Positions 17,039-25,046 of a stretch of 32,000 bases of DNA are shown here, one piece after another (position 1 is the stretch's first letter; each line of letters starts with the position of its first letter). Position numbers and translations under genes: made by a program. Source of the stretch: an uncultured Nitrososphaerota archaeon (GTDB lineage Archaea; Korarchaeota; Korarchaeia; Korarchaeales; Korarchaeaceae). The stretch spans positions 456 to 32,455 of the forward strand of contig CAYZRF010000021.1 of assembly GCA_964480775.1 (NCBI GenBank), read 5' to 3'. A model generated the notes under the pieces. It was given only the letters and a program-made list of their open reading frames with translations. It made no database searches and was not told where the DNA came from.

Positions 17039-18629
17039 GAAGCATCACCGCAAACGCAAGCAGAGAGAATATGAAAATCTCTCTAAAGGACGAGGTAAAG
17101 TGTCCTGTTCTAACAAGCCCCAAGGTTCCTCCCATCACTAACGTCTGAACAAAGGCTTGCATCATAATTCCTTCTCTGATTCTCTCTGCTTCATGAGGTG
17201 CGAGAAGAGGGATGTTTAGTATGTTCACTAACATGGCATAGGAACCTATAACTAGCATGAAAGAAAACATTGCAGTAAAGTAATTTCCCATTTTCTCGCC
17301 CTCCGTTTCGATCCAGAGTTCCCTCAACCTAACGGCAAATTCTGAAATTGATGAAAAAGCCTCCTTAAGATCGGCTCCAGCCTCCAAAGCGGTCATAATA
17401 AGCAAAGTTGACATTCTCGAAACGCTTAGCTTTTGCCTCTCAGCCATCCTCTTTAGAATTTCAGTATAAGGAAGTTTCAGTCCAGCCCAAGCCTTGACCC
17501 TGTTGGCGAAATCCTTCAAGGATTTGTATGTTATCTTCATGTATGTTATAGCGTCGCTAAAAGACCTTCCACTCCTTAGTTCAGAGAAGAGATCTTGAAG
17601 GAAAAGTGGGAAGTCAAAAGTCTCGCTTCTCAGCCTTTTTTCCTCCTTAAATATTTGCAAGAAGCCAGCTAAAGCCCCAAGGGAGGTAGAGATGGCTAAT
17701 CTTTGCCACAGATTGAGAGAAAGAATTGGAATCGGGGATTTAATCAGCTTTACCAAAATTCGTGGGGGTAACTTATGAATTAGAACTGTAAAAATAAAAT
17801 ATACAGCAAAGAAAACGGCAATAAAAGATAACCAGGCTTTTATGACGGTTCTTTTCTTAAAATAGAAGTACCTAGGGGCTAGAATCTTAAACAACAATAC
17901 GAAGAAAGGAGATGGGAGTACTGAAGTCATAAGGACAAGGTTGCTCATTCCTCCTCCTCCGAATCCAGAGACCAAAGACTGAAACGTGAACATCAACATC
18001 AACACAAATGGGAGGGCGGTGGACGTCAGAGTATAAACGATTAGGATCATCATCAGTCTTTCCATGCTACTTCTTACGTCCATCATGGTTTTCTCTACTG
18101 ACTCATCAAGTTCCAGCTTTAGCATTTCATCTATGGCTTCTCCTCTAGTGAAGTAGTAATCGTGCAGTCTCGAGTAGATTCTTTTCCATACGCCACTAGG
18201 ACATAGCCTGATGTTTGCCTCAAGCCCTTCTATTGTTCCAGCAGCTAACATTCTAGCTGATGCTGCTTGAAAATACTTTCTCACGTCAGTATCCTCTGCT
18301 ATGTTACTAATCGCCTTGAATGAAGAGCCTAAAGATTTGCCCACCTTTTGTAACATCCAGAGAGTAGCTAGATAAGCCCAGATATCCTTTTCAAGCTTGC
18401 TAGCTATATTCAGATAGGATAGAAAAGGGGTAAATAGCATTAACAGTGATGGAAAGATCACTATGAACATAAGACGTACAGGATCCCTCATATAGCCAGT
18501 ACGATAAAGAGCAGCAGCTATAGCCATCATAACGCCTCCAACGGAGGCGATTCTAAAGATAAACTCCTTCGGATCTTGGTCTGGTATCCCTGCTTTTATG
18601 AAGAACTCTTCATCGAAGAAGAGTACCAC
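17031..18629 (-). CDS. Full-length two-domain type IV filament platform protein (FlaJ/TadC/PilC-like)
   Basis: 532-aa polytopic protein with two repeated soluble helical modules, each followed by transmembrane (TM) helices. Its GTG start overlaps the ATPase stop by 1 nt (TAGTG). Confidence 0.75.
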   Translation of the reverse strand: MVLFFDEEFFIKAGIPDQDPKEFIFRIASVGGVMMAIAAALYRTGYMRDPVRLMFIVIFPSLLMLFTPFLSYLNIASKLEKDIWAYLATLWMLQKVGKSLGSSFKAISNIAEDTDVRKYFQAASARMLAAGTIEGLEANIRLCPSGVWKRIYSRLHDYYFTRGEAIDEMLKLELDESVEKTMMDVRSSMERLMMILIVYTLTSTALPFVLMLMFTFQSLVSGFGGGGMSNLVLMTSVLPSPFFVLLFKILAPRYFYFKKRTVIKAWLSFIAVFFAVYFIFTVLIHKLPPRILVKLIKSPIPILSLNLWQRLAISTSLGALAGFLQIFKEEKRLRSETFDFPLFLQDLFSELRSGRSFSDAITYMKITYKSLKDFANRVKAWAGLKLPYTEILKRMAERQKLSVSRMSTLLIMTALEAGADLKEAFSSISEFAVRLRELWIETEGEKMGNYFTAMFSFMLVIGSYAMLVNILNIPLLAPHEAERIREGIMMQAFVQTLVMGGTLGLVRTGHFTSSFREIFIFSLLAFAVMLLI

Positions 18630-20044
18630 TAAGCTCCCCTCCTAGCCCTTTCAACCCGCCTTCTTAGGTCTGCCACTTTCTCCTGATACTCTCTAACTAT
18701 CGTTGATCTTGGAACTCCTTCTTTTGCAGCGATTTCAATGAATATTTGGCTATTCTTTATTGGATCGCCTAAAAGCTCCCTACCCCTCTTCCTAACAAAG
18801 ATGTCTCTTAGAATAACGTCGTCGGTTGTTGAATCATAGCTCAATTCAGCTATCCTCACAACCCCCCTAAAGTTTCCTTCTTTCCTAAGCAGCGCTGCCA
18901 CCTTAAAATCAGCTATCTGCTCGTTTGTGAGATTGATGGGATCACCTCTAAGCCTCGCTAAGACTCCCTCTATGACGCTTGCATGGAATGTCGTGAAGCT
19001 GGTGTGTCCAACGTGTATGAACTGAACGAGCAATCTGACCTCGGCTCCCCTCGACTCTCCGACGACTACGTAATCGGGTCTCATCCTGAGCACGTCTCTC
19101 AGCAAATCGGGAATCTCCATTCCCTTGACTCCCATTCCTGGTGGTTGACCTATGAGAGAGGTCCAATTCTTGTGTTCAGGAAGGTATATTTCAGGGGTAT
19201 CCTCGACCGTGACGATATGAGCGTGCTTTGGAAGGAGTGAGAGAAGGGCATTGAGGAAGGTTGTCTTCCCTGAGCCAGTTTCACCAACTATAAACCCTGA
19301 AATTCCATGTTCGGCCAGCAACCACAAATATGCAGCCGCTTCTACTGAAACGGCTCCCCAAGAGATTAGTTGTTCAATCCTCGGTCTTACAACAAACTTC
19401 CTTATGGTAAAGGTAGTTCCACCTTCGCTGACCGCAGGTCCATAAAGGGCGTGAACCCTAGATCCATCTGGTAGTTTTCCCTCTAGCCTAGGAACAGCAA
19501 GCGACACCTGCTTTCCTACTCTTTCCGCTAGTTTGAGCACGATTTGTCTGGCTTCTTCCTCTGTTAACTCTATGTTTGTCTCTAACCAAGTCCCTTTCCC
19601 AGCTAGGTAAACAAAAAGCTTTCTACCCCCTCTCGCTGGTAAAGTCACATCTTCTACATAAGGATCCTTCATAATGGGATCGAGTTTCCCCAAACCCTCT
19701 ATATCTCTTCTCAAATAGAATATAATAGAATTTAGTAAATCTTCATCATATTTCTTCTTGAATTCCTTTAGAGTTCTCTTTGCTGCCCACTCATAAAGTT
19801 TGGTAAGCTTGTTTAGATCCTCAAAACTTATCCTAGAAAGAACGTAATCCTTTGCTTTCTCAAGTATTTCTTTATCTGGCATTGGGGGCTCTATAACAAT
19901 GTATTTATCACCCTTGATACCCCTCCATGCAATTCCTTCAACCAGCTCAATGACTTCTTTTAGATCTTTAAGCTCAAGTTTCTTCCTCTTTTCCACAAGC
20001 GCCTGCTTTTCAGGCGTCGCTACCTGTTTCATGTGAAGGTGCAC
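18629..20044 (-). CDS. Archaeal type IV filament assembly ATPase (FlaI/PilB/GspE family); the likely start is the ATG at 20032
   Basis: Motifs seen: Walker A IVGETGSGKTTFLNALL, Asp box IVTVEDTPEI, Walker B RPDYVVVGESRGAE and His box GHTSFTTFHA. A TAGGTG SD lies about 10 nt upstream of the ATG at 20032. Confidence 0.9.
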   Translation of the reverse strand: MHLHMKQVATPEKQALVEKRKKLELKDLKEVIELVEGIAWRGIKGDKYIVIEPPMPDKEILEKAKDYVLSRISFEDLNKLTKLYEWAAKRTLKEFKKKYDEDLLNSIIFYLRRDIEGLGKLDPIMKDPYVEDVTLPARGGRKLFVYLAGKGTWLETNIELTEEEARQIVLKLAERVGKQVSLAVPRLEGKLPDGSRVHALYGPAVSEGGTTFTIRKFVVRPRIEQLISWGAVSVEAAAYLWLLAEHGISGFIVGETGSGKTTFLNALLSLLPKHAHIVTVEDTPEIYLPEHKNWTSLIGQPPGMGVKGMEIPDLLRDVLRMRPDYVVVGESRGAEVRLLVQFIHVGHTSFTTFHASVIEGVLARLRGDPINLTNEQIADFKVAALLRKEGNFRGVVRIAELSYDSTTDDVILRDIFVRKRGRELLGDPIKNSQIFIEIAAKEGVPRSTIVREYQEKVADLRRRVERARRGA

Positions 20045-20285
20045 CTACTCCCATAATGTGATAGACCGGGTTGATTTAGATTATTGAACAAATAAAATGC
20101 TGTGGATCAACATTAAAATCTACCTATGTTTACTAGAAATTACTTATATTTTACAAAATATGATAAAGAAATTCTAGATAAAAGCCAGAAACAGTTGATT
20201 CTAGTAGAAAACAATTCATATAGAATTTTTTGGTTAAATTAACTTATTTTTAAGTTTTCCAAATAGATGGTGATCTTTGATAAGT

Positions 20286-20319
20286 AAAAAATGAAACCTA
20301 AGTAAGAAAAGATAAAAAA
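20286..20319 (-). terminator. Oligo-T tracts downstream of the pilin gene (candidate archaeal intrinsic terminator)
   Basis: On the minus strand, one T6 run (20319-20314) lies 17 nt after the stop at 20336-20338. A second T6 run lies at 20291-20286. Confidence 0.4.
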
Positions 20320-20335
20320 GAGATGAAAGGAGGGC

Positions 20336-20785
20336 CTACCCTCCCCTGTAGAGGTATTCGGTCTGGGTGCCACCAGGACCATAGACTATTATAGAGTAAC
20401 TCTGTGTAGCACTGTAGTTACCTAAGTTTACAGTAAGCTCTGCTACTCCATTTACTTCTAAAACGTCATCGGAACCGCTAACCGCGCCAGCGAGATTGCT
20501 TACATCAAGCTTCTGGTTGTCGATAAAGACTTGCCAAGCGGCAGTACTTCCCGCGCCTGAAATATCATTGGGCCCTAAGTTCTTTACGTATATTATGCCA
20601 TTACTTGATCCCATTCCTGATACTGAAAGTACGGCCAGCGTTGTCTGCCCACCAACGGCCGAAGTCCTTCCTAAGGCGCCAAAGATGTAGCTTCCAATTG
20701 GACTAAAGATTAGTAGGGCTAATGCCACTCCTATTACTAGAATTATAACCTCGACGGCAACTCTCGATATTCCTGCTCTTTTCAT
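20336..20785 (-). CDS. Type IV pilin-like protein with a class III signal peptide (pilin paralogue 1)
   Basis: The ATG at 20785 has an AGGTG SD about 7 nt upstream (the track uses the GTG at 20794). The N-terminus is MKRAG|ISRVAVEVIILVIGVALALLIF. The core shares YVKNLGPNDI and WQVFIDN with the 24504-24974 protein. The gene has its own promoter and terminator. Confidence 0.75.
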   Translation of the reverse strand: MKRAGISRVAVEVIILVIGVALALLIFSPIGSYIFGALGRTSAVGGQTTLAVLSVSGMGSSNGIIYVKNLGPNDISGAGSTAAWQVFIDNQKLDVSNLAGAVSGSDDVLEVNGVAELTVNLGNYSATQSYSIIVYGPGGTQTEYLYRGG

Positions 20786-20835
20786 ATCCCACACCTTCTA
20801 TTCTTTTGTTGACCATGTAGTATACTAATGGAGAG

Positions 20836-20844
20836 TATAAAAAT
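20836..20844 (-). promoter_or_regulatory. TATA box candidate for pilin paralogue 1 (minus-strand ATTTTTATA, followed by CTCTC)
   Basis: This AT-rich octamer resembles the archaeal TATA consensus. It lies about 50-60 nt upstream of the ATG at 20785. The core is almost identical to the one at 25001-25008. Confidence 0.45.
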
Positions 20845-20850
20845 CCTACC

Positions 20851-20890
20851 ATGAAAATCCATGAAAAACCATGAAATACTGTGAAATCTT
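20851..20890. repeat. Four exactly phased 10-bp tandem repeats (atgaaaatcc / atgaaaaacc / atgaaatact / gtgaaatctt)
   Basis: Read directly. The units start at 20851, 20861, 20871 and 20881, immediately upstream of the TATA candidate. The core is TGAAA(T) on the plus strand, which is (A)TTTCA on the coding strand. Confidence 0.8.
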
Positions 20891-20981
20891 TTTCTAAACA
20901 CATCAAACTTTAAAATTAAAGCATTAGAGCGTTTTTCCTTTTATCCAAGAATTTGGAATTTTTTCAAATTAGAAACTGTTT

Positions 20982-21422
20982 TTATCCCGAGGGTTCAGTT
21001 CCTACCAAGTTTGAGACTATGACGAAGTAGGACCCAATGGTCTCATTATAAAACAAGAGGAAGATGATCTCTCCATTATAGACTTTGGGAGGGGCTTTAA
21101 CAGGAACAGTGGAGAAAAAGGTAGTATTAGCCATAACAGAATGCGTACCTGCAACTAGCCTAACGACCACACTGCTATTGTAGACCATAATCTCAGCAAC
21201 TTTGTCACCCTCTAACTCTATGTTAACCACTCTTTGACCAGAGAGAGCCCCACCCTCCTTCATTCTGGACATAAAAGATATCTCAGACGCCACAACTTCT
21301 GCTATAGTTTGAGCCTCCTTTCTCAAATTCAATTCGAAGAAATATGGCCTCAAAAACAAGAAGAACGAAGCTAGGATAAGGCCTATTAGTGCAAGAGCAA
21401 CCCAGATGACCGCTCTCCTCAT
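20982..21422 (-). CDS. Hypothetical N-terminally anchored protein, last gene of the six-gene pilin-like operon
   Basis: The N-terminus is MRRAVIWVALALIGLILASFFLFL. Sequons NSS, NTT and NET are present. An SD GGGGAGGC lies inside the end of the upstream gene. Confidence 0.6.
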   Translation of the reverse strand: MRRAVIWVALALIGLILASFFLFLRPYFFELNLRKEAQTIAEVVASEISFMSRMKEGGALSGQRVVNIELEGDKVAEIMVYNSSVVVRLVAGTHSVMANTTFFSTVPVKAPPKVYNGEIIFLLFYNETIGSYFVIVSNLVGTEPSG

Positions 21423-21426
21423 GATA

Positions 21427-21918
21427 TCAGCCTCCCCAATTTATCCGTATGTATCCAACATGCGAGGTCGTGTTGTAGAAATAGTAGTCGATCGTAACAT
21501 AGTTCTGTCTACCAGACGACGCGAGTCCAGTCATGGTAAGATTCCATCCTCTCTTAAGGTAAACTGAGAGAATTATTTTGTTCGTAGTTGGCTGAAGGGT
21601 TACGTATGTGATCGAAAGATTTGAAAGGGTAACATTCCTCTCATATCGTGGGGGATTCATTACAACTACGTTTACAGAATTGTTCCCATAGATTACAACT
21701 ATATCGTCAGGTAATACTATGGATAGTGTTAGTGAGGCCCCCACTCCTGATGCCACAACCCCTTCAATGCTATTTGCAAGAGAATAAGCTATTCTTTTAC
21801 CTGCCTCCAGACGCTGTTCGGCCTGTCTTGTTCTTATGTATGGATACGTTAACATTAGGCCAGCCACTATTATAGCAGTTGCCAGAACTAGGGCCACCAC
21901 CGATTCTACTACTTCCAT
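21427..21918 (-). CDS. Pilin-like or anchored protein (163 aa)
   Basis: The N-terminus is MEVVESVVALVLATAIIVAGLMLTY. Five N-x-S/T sequons are present. It is translationally coupled on both sides. Confidence 0.65.
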   Translation of the reverse strand: MEVVESVVALVLATAIIVAGLMLTYPYIRTRQAEQRLEAGKRIAYSLANSIEGVVASGVGASLTLSIVLPDDIVVIYGNNSVNVVVMNPPRYERNVTLSNLSITYVTLQPTTNKIILSVYLKRGWNLTMTGLASSGRQNYVTIDYYFYNTTSHVGYIRINWGG

Positions 21919-21921
21919 GAT

Positions 21922-22962
21922 CTATCCCCTAGGTGCAACGGCCTCAACCTCTATTCTCACCGTGTAGGGGAATATGAAGAATGGTATATTGGCTCTACTT
22001 GATGGATTTCCAACCATTAGAACCGAAGCATTATAAGGACCTTGAGCGAAAATGATGTCATCAATATCCATTGGCAGACCAATGCTCGTTATGTTTTCTC
22101 TAATGCTCGTCACATTCATTACGTTGCAACTTCTACCAAAGATCGTATCTCCAACATAAAAGTGATATGCGGGCTGTGCTGTTTCATTGACCAGCAGCTG
22201 ATTCTCCCCTCTCCCTGTGGGATCTCCATTATCTAAGTCAATCCACATCTCTCTCGTAGCGAAGTTCTCTCCGTTCGGTCCAGTGTAGTCAACGAATGCA
22301 TGATATTTTCCTGCGGGAGCACCTTCTTGAATTCCTACATCTATTGTAATCTTACAAATTCCATTAATTAGCTGGGCTCCTTCTGTTGTAATCAAAGTAG
22401 TATCAGCATAAAGAGTTACCTGGGCATTTCCTCCCTGAACAGGAAGACCGTCTTTTGTATATGCTACGATATAAAATCGTGCACTCTCTCCTTCCCAGTG
22501 ATTACCATCTATTTGTCTTTTGTAGTATGGCTCTCTGTAAGAGAGAACATACCAATGTATTTGGGTGTCATTGCTCCCAGGCATCACTGGAAATGTAACA
22601 AGCACCACATCTCCACGCGGTCTAGATGCGTTTGAGCAATTTATGTAAAACTTTGTCTCTGATCCATTCAGGTAAACTAAATACATGCTGACATTGAACC
22701 AAATGCCCGTTCTATTCCAAGCAAGCGTACAAATCTCTCCAACCTTGTTCTTAAACTCTCTTAGTGTCATATTTCCATTCATCACAAAGTCTCTGGAATA
22801 TATGTCACCTATGACGCTGGCTATGCTCCTTGCTAGAACTCTTTCAGAAGCCGTCTCTTGTTTAGTCACCACCCTAGTGAAGGAGACAGCAGTGGCTATA
22901 GCTATCGTTACTAGGACCACGGCCAGTATGACTTCAATAGGTTCACTAACCATTTCATCCAC
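21922..22962 (-). CDS. Large pilin-like or anchored extracellular protein (346 aa; probable start is the ATG at 22953)
   Basis: The N-terminus is MVSEPIEVILAVVLVTIAIATAVSF. It carries 11 N-x-S/T sequons. A GGAGGTGGA SD lies inside the last codons of the upstream gene. Confidence 0.7.
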   Translation of the reverse strand: MDEMVSEPIEVILAVVLVTIAIATAVSFTRVVTKQETASERVLARSIASVIGDIYSRDFVMNGNMTLREFKNKVGEICTLAWNRTGIWFNVSMYLVYLNGSETKFYINCSNASRPRGDVVLVTFPVMPGSNDTQIHWYVLSYREPYYKRQIDGNHWEGESARFYIVAYTKDGLPVQGGNAQVTLYADTTLITTEGAQLINGICKITIDVGIQEGAPAGKYHAFVDYTGPNGENFATREMWIDLDNGDPTGRGENQLLVNETAQPAYHFYVGDTIFGRSCNVMNVTSIRENITSIGLPMDIDDIIFAQGPYNASVLMVGNPSSRANIPFFIFPYTVRIEVEAVAPRG

Positions 22963-23446
22963 CTCCTGACACTATTACCCTAACCTCGCACATTGTTCCG
23001 TTTGATAGCCGAGCTAGAGCTCTTCTTACACCTCTAACCTGGCCTATTATGTTTGAACCAACTATCAAGTTAGGAGAGGGAGGGAAAGAGTGTGAAGTCT
23101 CGTTGTAATAATAGAAAGCAATTCTAACATCAAACTCAGTTAGAGAAAGGCCTGCTTTTATCATACTATAATTCAAGGATAACAAGAGATTGAGTTTGTT
23201 AAGGTCTATTACATATGGATATACAAGTTCACCAGCATTACCCATTTCAGAATAAGCCAAACCTATTGAGGGGGGCGAAACAGACCAATTTCCTGGATTT
23301 TCCAATAGCTGCCTGACAACTAGATCTGCCTTATGCTCAATTCCCTCGCTTATTTCTGCACCAAGCGTTCTAAGTTGCCAAATCCCATAAAAGCCATAAA
23401 TCGATAGTATTAGCGTTGATACGATGAAAGCTATTATTTGCTTCAC
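22955..23446 (-). CDS. N-terminally anchored protein (163 aa)
   Basis: The GTG start has GAGGGGGG upstream. The N-terminus is MKQIIAFIVSTLILSIYGFYGIW. Four sequons are present. Confidence 0.65.
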   Translation of the reverse strand: MKQIIAFIVSTLILSIYGFYGIWQLRTLGAEISEGIEHKADLVVRQLLENPGNWSVSPPSIGLAYSEMGNAGELVYPYVIDLNKLNLLLSLNYSMIKAGLSLTEFDVRIAFYYYNETSHSFPPSPNLIVGSNIIGQVRGVRRALARLSNGTMCEVRVIVSGGG

Positions 23447-23507
23447 TTTTCTAAGCCCCCCTCTATTTCTCCTTAGCTAATGTTAGCCCATTCTCCAGCT
23501 GGTAGGC

Positions 23508-24500
23508 TCAGTCAGGTGGCTCTGGGGGAGGTGGTAGTTCTGGCGGCTCAATGCCGAATAGATCTGCACCCATTGATCTCCAAATCCAGTAGTACTCCAC
23601 TCCCTCCTGATACCCTTCATAACTGATCCGATATGCCTCGTATGGATCGTCGCAGTAGTAAACATCTATAGTTGCCTCAGAACCAGGCCTGTCTTGTGGA
23701 TTTATGATTATTTGATCGGTCTCCATGCCAGATTTCTTGTACCTTATGTTAAAATATGCAATTCCACCGAGACCTGTTAGACCTGGCGTACCTCCAAGAA
23801 CAACCGTATCAGAAGCAAAGGGACCAAATATTCTTTTTATCTGGAAGGGCTCCAACGATATGTATTGACCCCAGAGAATCCTCCCATCTGTGTCAAAATC
23901 GAACTTGATCTCATAACTATTGCCTTCAAGGTTGAAAATTATTCCATGGAAGGTAATTACCTGTCTCCTTCCACCTATGAACGGTAAGGAACTCTGCATC
24001 CAGAAGCACCATTTAGAGGGTAATATCCCGAACGGAGGCAAACCTTCTCCTCCTTCGTCGCCTCCTCCGCCCCCTCCACCACCGCCACCTCTGCCTTCAC
24101 CTATCCTGTATTGAATGTCAGTTAGGTTGGTGCCTAGTATGCCAGTGAAATAGGTATCCCCTTTAGCAAGGGTGTAAATTACGATAACGTTTTCTCCGCC
24201 ACCACCAATCAAAGGCACGGTAATGTTGTGATACCACAGCTCTACCTGCTTAGTTAACATCTTCTCGCTAAGATACTTAAGGTGGTTATCTATGAACGAA
24301 GCCTGAACATCAGAACCCCCAGGCAGCTCGGCTGCCGTATTGACGACTGTTGTCATGTAGGCTAGGGTGTCCACAAAATCCTCATGCACTCCTTCCTCAA
24401 GTTTTACTTCCGGCGGGCTCATGTAAGTAGCCAGCGTCATTATGAGCACTGTTATTACGAAGCCTACCAGCAAGATCGTTCCTGCGCCTTTTCTATTCAT
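23508..24500 (-). CDS. Pilin-like protein (330 aa) with an internal 10-Gly run and a Pro-rich C-terminus
   Basis: The N-terminus is MNRKGAGTILLVGFVITVLIMTL. It contains GEGR-G10-DEGGEG (Gly codons at 24060-24089). The C-terminus is PPELPPPPEPPD. A GGAGGAGGA SD lies 6 nt upstream of the ATG at 24500. Confidence 0.7.
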   Translation of the reverse strand: MNRKGAGTILLVGFVITVLIMTLATYMSPPEVKLEEGVHEDFVDTLAYMTTVVNTAAELPGGSDVQASFIDNHLKYLSEKMLTKQVELWYHNITVPLIGGGGENVIVIYTLAKGDTYFTGILGTNLTDIQYRIGEGRGGGGGGGGGGDEGGEGLPPFGILPSKWCFWMQSSLPFIGGRRQVITFHGIIFNLEGNSYEIKFDFDTDGRILWGQYISLEPFQIKRIFGPFASDTVVLGGTPGLTGLGGIAYFNIRYKKSGMETDQIIINPQDRPGSEATIDVYYCDDPYEAYRISYEGYQEGVEYYWIWRSMGADLFGIEPPELPPPPEPPD

Positions 24501-24503
24501 ACT

Positions 24504-24974
24504 TTATCCTCCTCCTGGAGACCACCCAGCATAAGCAATCGTGGCTCGGGGACCAAAAACTTTGATCGTATGCGAAACATTAGCATTGATTGCCTCCGAG
24601 AGAGTTATATTAATGGATTCTCCAACCCTTAAAGATCCTGAAGCAGGATCTAGCGAACTTATAGTCTTGAACTCATCATCTATAAAAACCTGCCATTCCG
24701 AGGGACCAGAGAATTCAATGTCAGAAGGACCCAAGTTCTTCACATAAACCTTTGCATATGATCCCGCTGTTGCATTCCCAGGATCAAATGCCATTATCTG
24801 AATGTTTGATTTAGGGGTTCCGGCCTCAATTTTTCTGTAACTACCCCTAGTAGCCCCCAAAACCACTTGATAGACTAAGACGGCCAAGGCAATACCAAGT
24901 ACCATTAGTACAATGGCCGTAGTAACCTGAGAGACTCCTCTCCTTCTTTTGCGAAGAACTTGCTGGGTGGTCAT
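24504..24974 (-). CDS. Type IV pilin-like protein with a class III signal peptide (pilin paralogue 2), first gene of the operon
   Basis: The internal ATG at 24974 gives MTTQQVLRKRRRG|VSQVTTAIVLMVLGIALAVLVY. The track's longer version starts at 25034, upstream of the TATA candidate at 25001-25008. The protein shares YVKNLGPSDI and WQVFIDD with paralogue 1. Three sequons are present. Confidence 0.75.
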   Translation of the reverse strand: MTTQQVLRKRRRGVSQVTTAIVLMVLGIALAVLVYQVVLGATRGSYRKIEAGTPKSNIQIMAFDPGNATAGSYAKVYVKNLGPSDIEFSGPSEWQVFIDDEFKTISSLDPASGSLRVGESINITLSEAINANVSHTIKVFGPRATIAYAGWSPGGG

Positions 24975-25000
24975 CCTAACATTAGGTGTATCCTTTGAGA

Positions 25001-25008
25001 ATAAAAAT
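25001..25008 (-). promoter_or_regulatory. TATA box candidate for the pilin operon (minus-strand ATTTTTAT, followed by TCTC)
   Basis: It lies about 27-34 nt upstream of the ATG at 24974, consistent with a leaderless or very short-leader mRNA. The core is nearly identical to the one at 20836-20844. Confidence 0.4.
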
Positions 25009-25046
25009 GCTTTTGTATGCTTAGAATTTCGCATATAACCACGCTT

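Noticed and set aside
20703-20906. 67-aa minus-strand ORF across the pilin promoter region
   Set aside because: It is generated by the tandem catgaaa repeats and overlaps the TATA element and the pilin start. It shows no coding-like features.
23920-24114. Plus-strand ORF encoding a poly-proline run (SPPPPPPPPPPPLPSP)
   Set aside because: It is the antisense mirror of the Gly-run codons in the well-supported minus-strand gene at 23508-24500. It has no start context or SD of its own.
20336-25034. The C-terminal GG/GGG tails of the pilin-like proteins could be ubiquitin-like (SAMP/MoaD-type) diglycine ends, activated by the nearby ThiF/MoeB E1 (13975-14730)
   Set aside because: These proteins have N-terminal class III leaders or anchors and are far larger than beta-grasp modifiers. 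In each case the Gly codons coincide with the SD of the downstream cistron, which explains them more simply.
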